Of a stretch of 64,000 nt of DNA, positions 28,654-38,757 are shown one piece after another. This DNA is from Myxococcota bacterium. Its GTDB lineage: Bacteria; Myxococcota_A; UBA796; UBA2385. How positions within the stretch are numbered: the first letter of the stretch is position 1; the number at the start of each line of letters is the position of its first letter. The DNA lies in contig JBIJDH010000001.1 in assembly GCA_044344255.1 (NCBI GenBank), forward strand, positions 448,001 through 512,000, read 5' to 3'. The translations under genes and the position numbers were made by a program. Below the pieces are notes generated by a model that ran no database searches, was not told the DNA's origin, and saw nothing but the letters and a program-made list of their open reading frames with translations.

Positions 28654-30812
28654 GGGCCCCCCGCCTGCGTCGTCCGTGTCGGGCGCCGATCGGCCTCGGG
28701 CTCACCGTCGGCGCGCTCGGCCTCTGCTCCGTCGGCCTCAGCGCTTGCGCCCCGGAGCGGAGCTGCGAGACGGAGCTCTACTGGGTCGAGCCTGCCCGCC
28801 GGGTCTCGGTGCGCGGTGACTGGAGCGGCGGCGAAGACGAGGCCCTCCACCGCGGTGAAGACGGGGTCTGGCGCATCACGCTCGACCTCCCCGAAGGCGA
28901 CCACACCTACCTCTTCCGCGTCGACGGCCAAGACGAGCGCGACCCCTTCGCCCCCCTCCTGTCCTGGGACGCCGAGGCGGGCCGCGAGGTGAGCCGCGTG
29001 AGGGTCGGTGACTGCCAGCAGCCCGCCCTCCGGGTCCAGTCGCTCGAGCCGACCGCCGACGGCGAGCTCCGGGTGGAGGCCACCTTCCTCCGCGGCAAGG
29101 GCGGCGCCCGCCTCGACGGCGCCACCGCCACCCTCGAAGACGGCGCCTCCCTGTCGGTCGAGATCGATCCCGGCGACGGCGCCCTGTCGGTGCGAGGCTC
29201 GGGCCTCTCGACCGGTAAACATCGGCTGTCCCTCCGCGGGTGGGGCCGCGACGGGGCCGAGGCGACCGCCTCCCTCCCCTTCTGGGTGGAGGACAGCCCC
29301 TTCGCCTGGGAGGACGCCCTCATCTATCAGGTGCTGATCGACCGCTTCGCCGGGCCGAGCGGCGCCCTGCCCCCGGGACAGGACCCCGGGCTCCGACAGG
29401 GCGGCACGATCGCTGGCCTCCTCCAGAAGCTCGATGAGGGCTACTTCGAAGCCCTCGGCGTGCGCGTGCTCTGGATCTCCCCCCTCTATCGAAACGCCGA
29501 GGGGCAGTGGCCCGGAGACGACGGCCACCTCTATGAGGCCTATCACGGGTACTGGCCGGTCTCCTCGCGCGAGGTCGAGCCCGCCTTCGGCGGCGAGGCC
29601 GAGGTCCGCGCGCTCGTCGAGGCCGCCCACGCCGCCGGCCTCCGCGTCATCATGGATCTGGTGCCGAACCACGTCCACGAGGCGCACCCCTGGGTGGCGG
29701 AGCACACGGACGACGGCTGGTTCCACGCCGATCCGGACTGTATCTGCGGAGACTACGACTGCCCCTGGTCCGAGGACATCGAGGTCTGCTGGTTCACGCC
29801 CTACCTGCCGGACTTGAATTGGGAGGAGCCGGCGGTCGAGCGCGCCGCCGTGGCCGACGCCATCTGGTGGGCGGAGTCTTTCGATCTCGACGGCCTGCGC
29901 ATCGACGCCGTGCCCATGATGAGCCGCCCCGCCGTCCGCGCCCTCGTCTACGGCCTCTCCGAGTCCCTGGAGGCGGGCCCCACCCGCTTCTTCACCCTCG
30001 GCGAGACCTTCACGGGCGAGGGCGGCGCCGCCGACATCCAGAAGAACCTCGGCCCCTTCGGCCTCGACGGGCAATTCGAGTTCCCGCTGCTCTGGGCCCT
30101 GCGCGGCTGGCTCGCCTGGCAGACGATTGACGCGGCGGAGCTCAACGCCGTGCTCGACGAGAGCGAGGCCGCCTGGGCCGGCTCCGGCTCGGTGATGGCC
30201 CCCTTCGTCGGCAATCATGACACGAGTCGCTTCCTGTCCGAGGCGGCCGGAGACGGCGGGGGCGATCCCTGGGCCTCCCCGCCTCCCCAGCCCGACGACG
30301 CCGAGCCCTACGAGCGCCTGCTGCTCGCCCAGGCGGTCGTCCTCTCCCTCCCGGGGGCCCCGGTCCTCTATCAGGGCGACGAATACGGCCTCGCCGGCGC
30401 CACGGACCCCGACTCCCGCCGACCGATGGTCTTCGGCCCCGGCCTCTCCGCGCTCCAGTCCTGGACGCTCGAGCGGGTCGGGCGGCTCGGTCGGGCCCGC
30501 GCCTGCAGCGAGGCCCTCCGCCGCGGCGGTCGACAGACGCTGCTGGCCGAAGGTGGCTCCCTCGCCCTCCTCCGCGACGCCGGCGATGGGGAGCCAGCCC
30601 TGCTGCTCGTCAACGCCGACGACACCCCCGCATTCGTGTCGCTGACCCTCCCCGAGGACACCGCGGTGGAGGACCCCTGGTTCACCGAGCTCCTCGAGGG
30701 AGACCCCGCCGTCCCCTTCACGCCGGGGGAGCCCACGAGCCTCTGGCTGCCGCCCCGCTCCGCCCGCCTCTTCCTGTCTGACCGCTCCGCCCGCTGCGCC
30801 GAGGACCTGTGA
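28650..30812 (+). CDS. GH13 alpha-amylase-family lipoprotein with a CBM48-like N-domain
   Basis: LSAC lipobox; YHGYW; DLVPNH; LRIDAV; GETF; GNHD. Confidence 0.9.
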   Translation: MRAPRLRRPCRAPIGLGLTVGALGLCSVGLSACAPERSCETELYWVEPARRVSVRGDWSGGEDEALHRGEDGVWRITLDLPEGDHTYLFRVDGQDERDPFAPLLSWDAEAGREVSRVRVGDCQQPALRVQSLEPTADGELRVEATFLRGKGGARLDGATATLEDGASLSVEIDPGDGALSVRGSGLSTGKHRLSLRGWGRDGAEATASLPFWVEDSPFAWEDALIYQVLIDRFAGPSGALPPGQDPGLRQGGTIAGLLQKLDEGYFEALGVRVLWISPLYRNAEGQWPGDDGHLYEAYHGYWPVSSREVEPAFGGEAEVRALVEAAHAAGLRVIMDLVPNHVHEAHPWVAEHTDDGWFHADPDCICGDYDCPWSEDIEVCWFTPYLPDLNWEEPAVERAAVADAIWWAESFDLDGLRIDAVPMMSRPAVRALVYGLSESLEAGPTRFFTLGETFTGEGGAADIQKNLGPFGLDGQFEFPLLWALRGWLAWQTIDAAELNAVLDESEAAWAGSGSVMAPFVGNHDTSRFLSEAAGDGGGDPWASPPPQPDDAEPYERLLLAQAVVLSLPGAPVLYQGDEYGLAGATDPDSRRPMVFGPGLSALQSWTLERVGRLGRARACSEALRRGGRQTLLAEGGSLALLRDAGDGEPALLLVNADDTPAFVSLTLPEDTAVEDPWFTELLEGDPAVPFTPGEPTSLWLPPRSARLFLSDRSARCAEDL

Positions 30813-33160
30813 TGCCCCACGACCCCGCTCCGCCCCGCCTGCGCGGCCCGCTTTCCTGCCTCGCCCTCCTCGCGGGGGCCCTGTCGGGCCTCGCGACCGG
30901 CTGCAGCTCCGACTGCCTGGAGGAGGACTGCGACCGCGTGCCCGAGCTCCCCTGGGATCCCGGTGACGGGGACACCGAGGGGGACGGCTACGGCTACGGA
31001 GACGACGGCGGAGACGGCACAGACGGCGGAGACGGCGGCATCGACACCGCCCGCGAGATCCTCAGCGTCCGCGACTGCGCGGTCACCTTCTCCTACACGC
31101 CGAGCGTGAGCCTCTCGAGCTTGCAGATCGCGGGCGAGTTCAACGACTGGAGCCCCACCGCCCTCTCGGGGCCCGACGGAGAGGGGGCCTGGAGCGTCGC
31201 GCTCGGCGAGCTCGACCCCGGCGAGTACGCCTACAAGCTCCTCCCGAACGGCGAGTGGGAGGGCGAGCCCCCGGCGACCGTCTATTCGAAGTGGGTGGGC
31301 GGGAGTGAGAACCGCGACCTGCGGGTGGGCGACTGCCAGCGGCCCCTGCTCCAGACCGTGTCGGCCTCGGCGACCCCGAGCGGCGCCCTGTCGGTGGAGG
31401 TGCAGATCGCCAGCGCCGCCGACGGCGCCGCCATCGACCCCGCCACGCTCGTCGTCACCGTCGGGGGGGAGGCCGTCAGCCCCGACTTTGACCCCTCCAC
31501 CGGCCTGCTCACCCTCAGCCTGAGCGGCCTGCCGGCCGGCAAACACTCGGTCCGGGTATGGGCCGCCGACGAGGCCGGGCGCCGGGCCGAGAACGAGCCC
31601 TTGTGGGTCCCCCTCTGGGTGGAGCCCGAGCCCTTCGCCTATCAGGACGGGCTCCTCTACTTCGTCTTCACCGACCGCTTCCGCAACGGCGACTACGGCG
31701 CTGACCTCTATGACCCCATCTCCGGCGTCTCCACCTGCGCGAATTACCAGGGCGGTGACTTCCAAGGTGTGATCGACGCGCTCGACGAGGGATACTTCCA
31801 GGCCCTCGGTGTGCGCACGCTCTGGCTGTCGCCGGTCTATGACAACCCGGCCGGCAGCTACCTCGGCACCGACGGCGTCCACGACTTCAGCGGCTACCAC
31901 GGCTACTGGCCCACGAGCCCGAGCGACATCGAAGAGCGCTGGGGAGACAGCGGGGGGAGCGCCGGCGCGGCCAGCGACCGCCTGCACGAGCTCGTCGAGA
32001 AGGCCCACGCCGCCGGCATCCGCGTGCTCTTTGACCTCGTGATGAACCACGTGCACGAGGACCACAGCTACCTCGACGAGCACCCCGACTGGTTCGGCGG
32101 CGGCTGCGTCTGCGGGGCCTCCGGCTGCGACTGGGACAGCCACGCCCGCGACTGCTGGTTCACCGACTACCTGCCCGACCTCGACTACCGGAACCACGAG
32201 ATCGTCGAGACGGTGACTGACGACACCCTCCGCCTGCTCGAGGTCTACGACGTAGACGCGGTGCGGGTGGACGCCGCCAAGCACATGGACCACGTCGCGA
32301 TGCGCACGCTCCGGATGCGGCTGCGCGACGAGGTCGAGGCCGGCGGCGGGGCCCCCTTCTACGTGGTGGGCGAGACGTTCACGAACGACCCCAACCTGAT
32401 CATGGACTATGTCGGCCCGACCGAGCTGCACGGCCAATTCGACTTCCCGCTCTACTGGTCGATCCGCTCGACCTTCGTCGATGGCGGCAGCTTCACCGGG
32501 CTCGAGGGAACGGTCGCGTCCAACATGGCCATCTATGGGGACGCTTATGACCAGATGTCCCCCTTCCTCGGCAACCACGACGTCTCCCGCTTCGCCACGG
32601 CGCTCGACGGGGTCGCCGGCGACGCCTGGACGGGCGACCTCGACGACCCCATGGCCGACGGCGGGGGCACGGTGACCGAGTGGGATCTCATCAACCAGCA
32701 GTCGATGGCCCTCGCTTTCACGCTCACGCAGCCCGGGGTGCCCCTCCTCTACTATGGAGACGAGATCGGGCTTCACGGCGGGGAGGACCCTGACAACCGC
32801 CGCCCGATGAGCTTCAGCCCCTACCTGTCGGCGAACCAGTCCGAGCTCTTGGAGCGGACCCAGGTGATCGGCGCCGCCCGGGCCGAGAGCGCCGCCCTGC
32901 GGCGCGGGGAACGGGCGCAGCTCTGGGTGGACGACAGCCTGCTCGTCTATGCCCGCGACAATGGCGGCGGCGACGTGGCCATCATCGCGATCAACAAGGG
33001 CGGCAGCGCCCGCAGCGAGCGCGTGTCCGTCTCGGCCCTCGGCGTCGAGGGGGCGACCTTCACCGACCGAAAGCTGGCCGGGCGCAGCGCCACGGTGAGC
33101 GGCGGCAGCCTGACCCTGTCACTCGGCGCCGCCGACTACGCCATCCTGGTGCGCGAATGA
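30809..33160 (+). CDS. GH13 alpha-amylase-family lipoprotein with a CBM48-like domain
   Basis: ATGC lipobox; YHGYW; DLVMNH; VRVDAAKH; GETF; GNHD. Confidence 0.9.
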   Translation: MMPHDPAPPRLRGPLSCLALLAGALSGLATGCSSDCLEEDCDRVPELPWDPGDGDTEGDGYGYGDDGGDGTDGGDGGIDTAREILSVRDCAVTFSYTPSVSLSSLQIAGEFNDWSPTALSGPDGEGAWSVALGELDPGEYAYKLLPNGEWEGEPPATVYSKWVGGSENRDLRVGDCQRPLLQTVSASATPSGALSVEVQIASAADGAAIDPATLVVTVGGEAVSPDFDPSTGLLTLSLSGLPAGKHSVRVWAADEAGRRAENEPLWVPLWVEPEPFAYQDGLLYFVFTDRFRNGDYGADLYDPISGVSTCANYQGGDFQGVIDALDEGYFQALGVRTLWLSPVYDNPAGSYLGTDGVHDFSGYHGYWPTSPSDIEERWGDSGGSAGAASDRLHELVEKAHAAGIRVLFDLVMNHVHEDHSYLDEHPDWFGGGCVCGASGCDWDSHARDCWFTDYLPDLDYRNHEIVETVTDDTLRLLEVYDVDAVRVDAAKHMDHVAMRTLRMRLRDEVEAGGGAPFYVVGETFTNDPNLIMDYVGPTELHGQFDFPLYWSIRSTFVDGGSFTGLEGTVASNMAIYGDAYDQMSPFLGNHDVSRFATALDGVAGDAWTGDLDDPMADGGGTVTEWDLINQQSMALAFTLTQPGVPLLYYGDEIGLHGGEDPDNRRPMSFSPYLSANQSELLERTQVIGAARAESAALRRGERAQLWVDDSLLVYARDNGGGDVAIIAINKGGSARSERVSVSALGVEGATFTDRKLAGRSATVSGGSLTLSLGAADYAILVRE

Positions 33161-34521
33161 GCGGAGACCGTTGGCCACCTCGGCTGGGCCTCCTGCTCGG
33201 CCTGTCCGTCAGCGCCCCCGCCTGGGCCGGCTTCGGGGCCGGCTCCTACGGCCGGGTGCAGGTCGAGTCGACCCCCGAGGGGGGCCACGGCACCCCCGCC
33301 GACATCGTCGCCCACCCCGGGCGCCTGCAGGCCGCGCCCTATCTGGAGCTCGACCTCTGGTGGGCCATGAAGGACGAAGCGGGAGGCGACTGGAGGGTGG
33401 TGGTGACCCCCGCCATCTCCGGCCAGCCCTTCCACTACGACGGCGAGTGGGCCGCCGACCTCGCCCTGCGCAACCTGTACGTCGAGGCCGACGACTGGAG
33501 CCCGGCGCCCCTGCGGGCCTGGGCCGGCTCCCGGATGCTGCGCGGCGACGACGTCCACCTGCTCGACTTCTGGCCCCTCGACAACCTCAACACCGTCGGC
33601 GGCGGGCTCGTCTGGGAGCCTCAGGGCTGGCGGCTCGCGGGGAGCGTGGGCCTCGCCCGACCCAGCGCCGAGGCCTATCAGGTGCAGACCGTCCCGGTCC
33701 CCCTCGCGGGCCGCGTGGGCGCCGAAGACGTGCTCACCCTCGATCGGCAGCGCGCCGTGGGCTCCGTCAAGGCCGGCCGCTTCTTCGCCACCGACGCCGC
33801 CACCTTCCGGGTCAACGGCTACGGGGAGCTGCACCACCTCCCCGAGGGGCAGCGGGTGGTGGAGGAGCAGCTCAAGGAGGCGCTCCCGGCCGACGGCGGC
33901 GGGGTCGCCGGGCTCCAGCTCTCCGGCTGGGGGTGGGCCCGGGAGTCCTACCTCCACGTCTGGGGCCGCCTCGCCACCGGCCTCGCGACGACAGACCCGC
34001 TGAGCGTCCCGAGCACCTTCGCGACCGACCACCGCACCACCGGAGCCCGCGAGTGGCTCGTGGCCCTCGCCGGTAACCAGGACTGGGGGCCGGTCGCTGT
34101 CCAGCTCGGCGCTTATGCCCGCCATAGCCGCGACGCCGACGGTCAGTCCGGCGATCCGGACGACGGCTGGGAGTCGGCGGTGGCCCTCCGCCCCCTCCTC
34201 GCCCTCGGCGAGCATGGCAGCCTCGGCCTCGAGCTCTCTCGACAGGGCCGCGCCCCCGAGGGCCTCAGCCCCCGCACGGACACCCTGCTCCGCCCGCGGG
34301 TCACGAAGGTCGCGATCATCCCGGCCATCCAGCCTCACTCCGGCAGCTACGCCCGCCCCCAGCTCCGCGCCCAGTATGTCTACGAGCACCTCAATGACGA
34401 CGCGCGGCGCTGGTTCCCCGACGAAGATCCCCGCCACCAGACCAACCACCAGCACTTCATCGGCATCGGCGCCGAGTGGTGGATCGACTCGAACGACTAC
34501 CTGCCGGGAGACAACCGATGA
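33157..34521 (+). CDS. Carbohydrate (LamB-like) porin
   Basis: Signal peptide; GSYGR; WAGSRMLRGDDVHLLDFW; RPQLR; C-terminal GIGAEWW. Confidence 0.8.
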   Translation: MSGDRWPPRLGLLLGLSVSAPAWAGFGAGSYGRVQVESTPEGGHGTPADIVAHPGRLQAAPYLELDLWWAMKDEAGGDWRVVVTPAISGQPFHYDGEWAADLALRNLYVEADDWSPAPLRAWAGSRMLRGDDVHLLDFWPLDNLNTVGGGLVWEPQGWRLAGSVGLARPSAEAYQVQTVPVPLAGRVGAEDVLTLDRQRAVGSVKAGRFFATDAATFRVNGYGELHHLPEGQRVVEEQLKEALPADGGGVAGLQLSGWGWARESYLHVWGRLATGLATTDPLSVPSTFATDHRTTGAREWLVALAGNQDWGPVAVQLGAYARHSRDADGQSGDPDDGWESAVALRPLLALGEHGSLGLELSRQGRAPEGLSPRTDTLLRPRVTKVAIIPAIQPHSGSYARPQLRAQYVYEHLNDDARRWFPDEDPRHQTNHQHFIGIGAEWWIDSNDYLPGDNR

Positions 34522-36329
34522 CGCTCACGCCGCTTGGGCGGGGCCGGTCACTCCGACCGCTGTCCCCTGCCCCGCCCCTGTCCCTGCTCCTGTCCCCCGC
34601 CCTGCTCGGGCTCGCCGCCTGCGCCGCGACCACGCCCTTCGCCGAGGATCCCGAGATCACCAACCACGTCGAGGACTGGCGCGACGAGGTCATCTACCAG
34701 GTGCTGGTCGACCGCTTCGCCAATGGAGACCTCAACAACGACCACGGCGTGACGCACGACCCCACGAACCTCGCGCGCTACATGGGCGGCGACTACCAGG
34801 GAATCATCGATCACGTGGACTACTTCGGGGCCCTCGGGGTGACGACGCTGTGGATCTCTCCCGTCGTGGTCAACGTGGAGGAGGACGCCGGCATCGCCGG
34901 CTACCACGGCTACTGGGCGCAAGACTTCACCCGCGTCAACCCGCACTTCGGCGATATGGCGAAGCTGCGCGAGCTCGTCGCGGTGATGCACGACCACGAC
35001 ATCAAGGTGGTGGTCGACATCGTCGTCAATCATGTCGGGCAGCTCTTCTACTACGACATCAACCAGAACGGACAGGCTGACATCAACGCCTACTACTCGA
35101 CCGACGGCTCGGACACGGTCGACCTCGTCACCGAGTGGGATCCGGCCTGGGACCGCCGCGGCATCCAGAGCTTCACGAGCCTCGGCGAGGCCGGGCCGGC
35201 CCCCCTCGGCTGGGTCTATCTGCCCGAGCTCAACCGAATCCCGCCCGAGCCGGCCGAGCTCTGGAATGACGACTACTACAACAAGAGCGGCCGGGTCACC
35301 GACTGGGGCGACGCCGAGCAGGTGGAGCGGGGCGACTTCCCCGGCGGCCTGAAAGACCTCGACACCCGCAACCCGAACGTCCAGCAGGCCCTCATCCGCG
35401 TCTATGCCGACTGGATCCGCCACACGAACATCGACGGCTACCGCATCGACACCGTCAAGCATGTCGAGCACGAATTCTGGCCGGTCTTCTGCGGGGCCAT
35501 CCGCGAGCAGGCGGCGGATATGGGCAAGGAGAAGTTCATCCTCTTCGGCGAGGCCTTCGACGGCGACGACAGCCTGATCGGCGGCTACACCGACGCCGGG
35601 ATGCTCGACGGAATGGCCTACTTCTCTCAGAAGTACACGGTCTATGACGGCGTCTTCCGCGACCAGGCGCCCCCCTCGGTCATCGCCGACCTCTGGGCTG
35701 CCCGAGAGGCCAATTGGGGCCAGGTGGCGCAAGACGGGGGCGTCGGCGTGCCGCCGGTCGACCTGCCGATCAACTTCCTCGACAACCACGACGTGCCCCG
35801 CTTCCTCTACGAGCGGGACGAAGACAGCCTCGCCCTCGCCCTGCTCCTGCTGTTCACCGAGGCCGGGCTGCCGGTGCTCTATTACGGCACCGAGCAGGGC
35901 TTCGACGGCGGGAATGACCCCACCAACCGCGAGCCGCTCTGGACCTCCGGCTTCGCGACCGACGGCGCGCTCTTTGACTGGATCTCCGCCCTCACCGCCC
36001 TCCGCGCTGACCAGGAGGCGCTGCGCCGCGGCGAGACCAGCGTGCTCTGGGCGAGCGACAGCGCCGCCGGAGAGGCCGACGCCGGCCTCTTCGTCTATCA
36101 GCGCCTCGCCGGCCTCGAGACCGTGGTGGTGGCCCTGAACACGCGCCCCGACCAGACGAGCCGCACCGAGAAGGACGGCGTGGCCATGAGCGTGCCCTAC
36201 GCGCCGGGGACACGGCTCAGCGCCATCTTCCCGCCGGGCCTCGCCCAGTCCTACACCGTGGGAGCCGACAGCACCGTGGCTATCGAGCTCCCGCCGCTGC
36301 AGGGGGTGGTGCTGGCGCCGGTCGACTGA
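34518..36329 (+). CDS. GH13 alpha-amylase/CGTase-like lipoprotein
   Basis: LAAC lipobox; DWRDEVIYQVLVDRF; YHGYW; YRIDTVKH; GEAF; DNHD. Confidence 0.92.
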   Translation: MTLTPLGRGRSLRPLSPAPPLSLLLSPALLGLAACAATTPFAEDPEITNHVEDWRDEVIYQVLVDRFANGDLNNDHGVTHDPTNLARYMGGDYQGIIDHVDYFGALGVTTLWISPVVVNVEEDAGIAGYHGYWAQDFTRVNPHFGDMAKLRELVAVMHDHDIKVVVDIVVNHVGQLFYYDINQNGQADINAYYSTDGSDTVDLVTEWDPAWDRRGIQSFTSLGEAGPAPLGWVYLPELNRIPPEPAELWNDDYYNKSGRVTDWGDAEQVERGDFPGGLKDLDTRNPNVQQALIRVYADWIRHTNIDGYRIDTVKHVEHEFWPVFCGAIREQAADMGKEKFILFGEAFDGDDSLIGGYTDAGMLDGMAYFSQKYTVYDGVFRDQAPPSVIADLWAAREANWGQVAQDGGVGVPPVDLPINFLDNHDVPRFLYERDEDSLALALLLLFTEAGLPVLYYGTEQGFDGGNDPTNREPLWTSGFATDGALFDWISALTALRADQEALRRGETSVLWASDSAAGEADAGLFVYQRLAGLETVVVALNTRPDQTSRTEKDGVAMSVPYAPGTRLSAIFPPGLAQSYTVGADSTVAIELPPLQGVVLAPVD

Positions 36330-36350
36330 CCGCCGCCCCCCTCCGCGACA

Positions 36351-36803
36351 CTACTTGCCGCGGACCAGCACCACGACGGTCTGGACCTTGGGGTCGAGGT
36401 GGCCCTCGGCCTGGAGGTCTTGGATGGCCACCTCGACCTCGTCCATCAGCGGGCCGCGGAAGTCTTTCAGCTTGCGGATGAGCTTCTTCTTCTGGCGGCC
36501 GAGGTCGATGAAGACGTGGTCGAGGGTGAGCGCGGCGTCTGCGGCGCCCTGGGAGTCGGGCGCCGGGGGCTCCTGGTCAGCGGCCTCGGCGGGGACGTCC
36601 ACCTCCACGACGGGCGGCTCGACGCCCTCTCCGGGGTGCTCCACCCAGACCCCGTCGGACTCCGGCCCGTCGGCGGCGACGGTCTCGGCGACGGACTCGG
36701 CGACGGACTCGGCGACGGTCTCGGCGACGGACTCGGCGGGGTTCGCCTCCACCGCGCGGTCGTCGGCCTCGGGCTCTTCGATGGGGTCGTGCTTGGCGGA
36801 CAT
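36351..36803 (-). CDS. Acidic hypothetical protein with a DUF6200-like C-terminus
   Basis: IDLGRQKKKLIRKLK...GPLMDEV...TVVVLV; internal AESV/AETV repeats. Confidence 0.65.
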   Translation of the reverse strand: MSAKHDPIEEPEADDRAVEANPAESVAETVAESVAESVAETVAADGPESDGVWVEHPGEGVEPPVVEVDVPAEAADQEPPAPDSQGAADAALTLDHVFIDLGRQKKKLIRKLKDFRGPLMDEVEVAIQDLQAEGHLDPKVQTVVVLVRGK

Positions 36804-36891
36804 GTTCACTCTCCTGACTGTGTGAATTCAAAGCTCTGCGGGGCGGATCGGAGCCTTTGCTCTCCTTCGTACTCCCCGGCGCGGGCGAGCC

Positions 36892-37779
36892 CTAACCCGG
36901 CGCCCCGCCCCAGGCGGACCAGGCCCCCGCGGCGCGGGCCGCCCGAGCCCGCGCGGCGACGGAGAGCAGGGGCAGATCGCGCTCCCAGGCGGCCCCGAGC
37001 GCGGGGTCGAGGAGGGCGAGGCGCCGCTGGGCGGCGGGGGCCAGCGTCGAGAGCAGGCGGAGCGCCCCGTCGAGGGCGAGGAGGGGCCCCGGCTCGAGCA
37101 GGGCGGCCCGGGGGAGCTCGGCGAGGGCGACCAGCGCCGCGAGCAGGGCGAGCAGCGGCGGGACCTCGTCGGCGCGATCCCCCCGGCGGAGCAGCAGCCC
37201 GGTGAGGGCCGCGGTGGCGCAGAGGCCCACCGTCAGGTCCTCCACGCTCCGGAAGGGCTTGACGTAGTCCACCCAGCCATCCCCAGGCAGGATGTCGGCG
37301 GCGGCGACGGCCACCTCGTCGAGCCGGACCGTGGCGTGATCGACCTCCGGGCAGAAGGGGAGCTCCGGGCCGGGCGAGAGCCGCAGGCCGGGCGAGGGCA
37401 CCGCCACCCGGACGAGGCGCAGGGCCTTCCGACCCGACACCTCCCCCGCGGCGCAGAGCACGAGCAGGGCCTCGGCGGCGCCGGCCAGGGTCGCGAAGGA
37501 CTTCTCCCCGGTGAGGCGCAGCCCGCCCACCCCCGCCTCGAGGCGGGCCTCGATGTGACGCGGGTGCGCCCCCCTCGCCTCGGTCGCGCAGAGGGAGCGG
37601 CGTTCGCCCGCCGTCGAGCCAGGGACGAGGCGCTGGAGCGCGGCCTGGTAGCCCACGGTGAAGGCCGCCCCGAGGGTCTCGGCGCGGGCGGCCTCGGCGA
37701 CGCAGCGGAGCAGCGGGTCTTCGGGCAGGCGGGCCGCGGTGGACAGGCCGAGCAGCGGGTAGACGCGGTCGAGCGACAT
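36892..37779 (-). CDS. Acyl-CoA dehydrogenase-like protein
   Basis: SLCATE, LTGEKSFAT, YVKPFRSVED. Confidence 0.75.
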   Translation of the reverse strand: MSLDRVYPLLGLSTAARLPEDPLLRCVAEAARAETLGAAFTVGYQAALQRLVPGSTAGERRSLCATEARGAHPRHIEARLEAGVGGLRLTGEKSFATLAGAAEALLVLCAAGEVSGRKALRLVRVAVPSPGLRLSPGPELPFCPEVDHATVRLDEVAVAAADILPGDGWVDYVKPFRSVEDLTVGLCATAALTGLLLRRGDRADEVPPLLALLAALVALAELPRAALLEPGPLLALDGALRLLSTLAPAAQRRLALLDPALGAAWERDLPLLSVAARARAARAAGAWSAWGGAPG

Positions 37780-37868
37780 CGGGCGCCTCCGGCCGGCGCG
37801 GCCCCGGAGCGGGGGCGGCCAGCGCGTAAAGGTTTCGGGTGGGCGAGGGCTCCGGCTATCGTAGCGCC

Positions 37869-38336
37869 ATGCCCCTCCCCACCCGCGCTCGGTGGCCCTC
37901 CCCCCCTCTCCAGGCGGGTCCTGCGCTCCTCGCCGGGGCCCTCCTGCTCGGCGCCTGCGGGGCGGATCGGCTGCCCTCGGGCCTCCGCACCAGCATGCGG
38001 CGCCTCGAGCCTCCCGCCGCCTGCACCCTGGCCCCCGCCGGCAGCCCGGAGGATCGCCTCGATCCCGGTGAGCTGCGGGTCCTCGTGCTGAGCCAGACCG
38101 GCGCCGCCGTCGCCGGGGCGCGGGTCGAGCTCAGCCTCCGCCCCTACGCCGCAGAGGCCGATCCCCGCGGCCTCGCCACCTTCTCCGGGCTCCCCGCCGG
38201 CCCCCTGAACTGGACCCTCGACAAGGAGGGCTTCGCGCACGCATGGAGCGGCCCGGCCACCCTCCCCCCGCAAGAGGGGGCCTTCATGACCTGCGTGCTC
38301 GAGGCCACGCCCCCCGCGCTGGCCTCCGGTCGCTGA
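37869..38336 (+). CDS. Lipoprotein with a carboxypeptidase-regulatory-like beta-sandwich
   Basis: LGAC lipobox; GAAVAGARV...ADPRGLATFSGLPAG. Confidence 0.65.
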   Translation: MPLPTRARWPSPPLQAGPALLAGALLLGACGADRLPSGLRTSMRRLEPPAACTLAPAGSPEDRLDPGELRVLVLSQTGAAVAGARVELSLRPYAAEADPRGLATFSGLPAGPLNWTLDKEGFAHAWSGPATLPPQEGAFMTCVLEATPPALASGR

Positions 38337-38361
38337 GCCGCGAGGCGCGCGCCGGCCCCGC

Positions 38362-38757
38362 TCAGATCGGGCTGTCCGAGCCGCCTTGAAGGGCCAGCAG
38401 CAGCGAGGCCCACAGCGGCCCCACGCCGTGGGAGAGCAGCCAGGCCTGGAGCAGGAAGGAGGCGACGGAGAAGAGCAGGAGGCCGGTGGCCCGTCGTTTC
38501 ACCCGTTCGAGCCGCGCGAGGGACTCGACGGGCAGCGCGCCGGCGTCGAGGTGGTGCATCTGGCCGTCGACGAGCAGGTAGGCCCAGAGCGTGAGCAGGG
38601 CGCCGGGCACCCCCGTCCAGCAGGGGACGCCGAGCAGGTGCAGCGGCAGCGAGAGCAGGAGCAGCCGATCGGCCCGCGCCAGCACCCCGCCGAGCTCCAA
38701 GAGGCCCGGAGGGGGGTCTCCAGCGAAGAGGGCGTCGACCCGCTCGGAGCCCGCCAT
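38362..38757 (-). CDS. Small membrane protein
   Basis: Two or three hydrophobic segments; abuts the plsB stop. Confidence 0.6.
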   Translation of the reverse strand: MAGSERVDALFAGDPPPGLLELGGVLARADRLLLLSLPLHLLGVPCWTGVPGALLTLWAYLLVDGQMHHLDAGALPVESLARLERVKRRATGLLLFSVASFLLQAWLLSHGVGPLWASLLLALQGGSDSPI

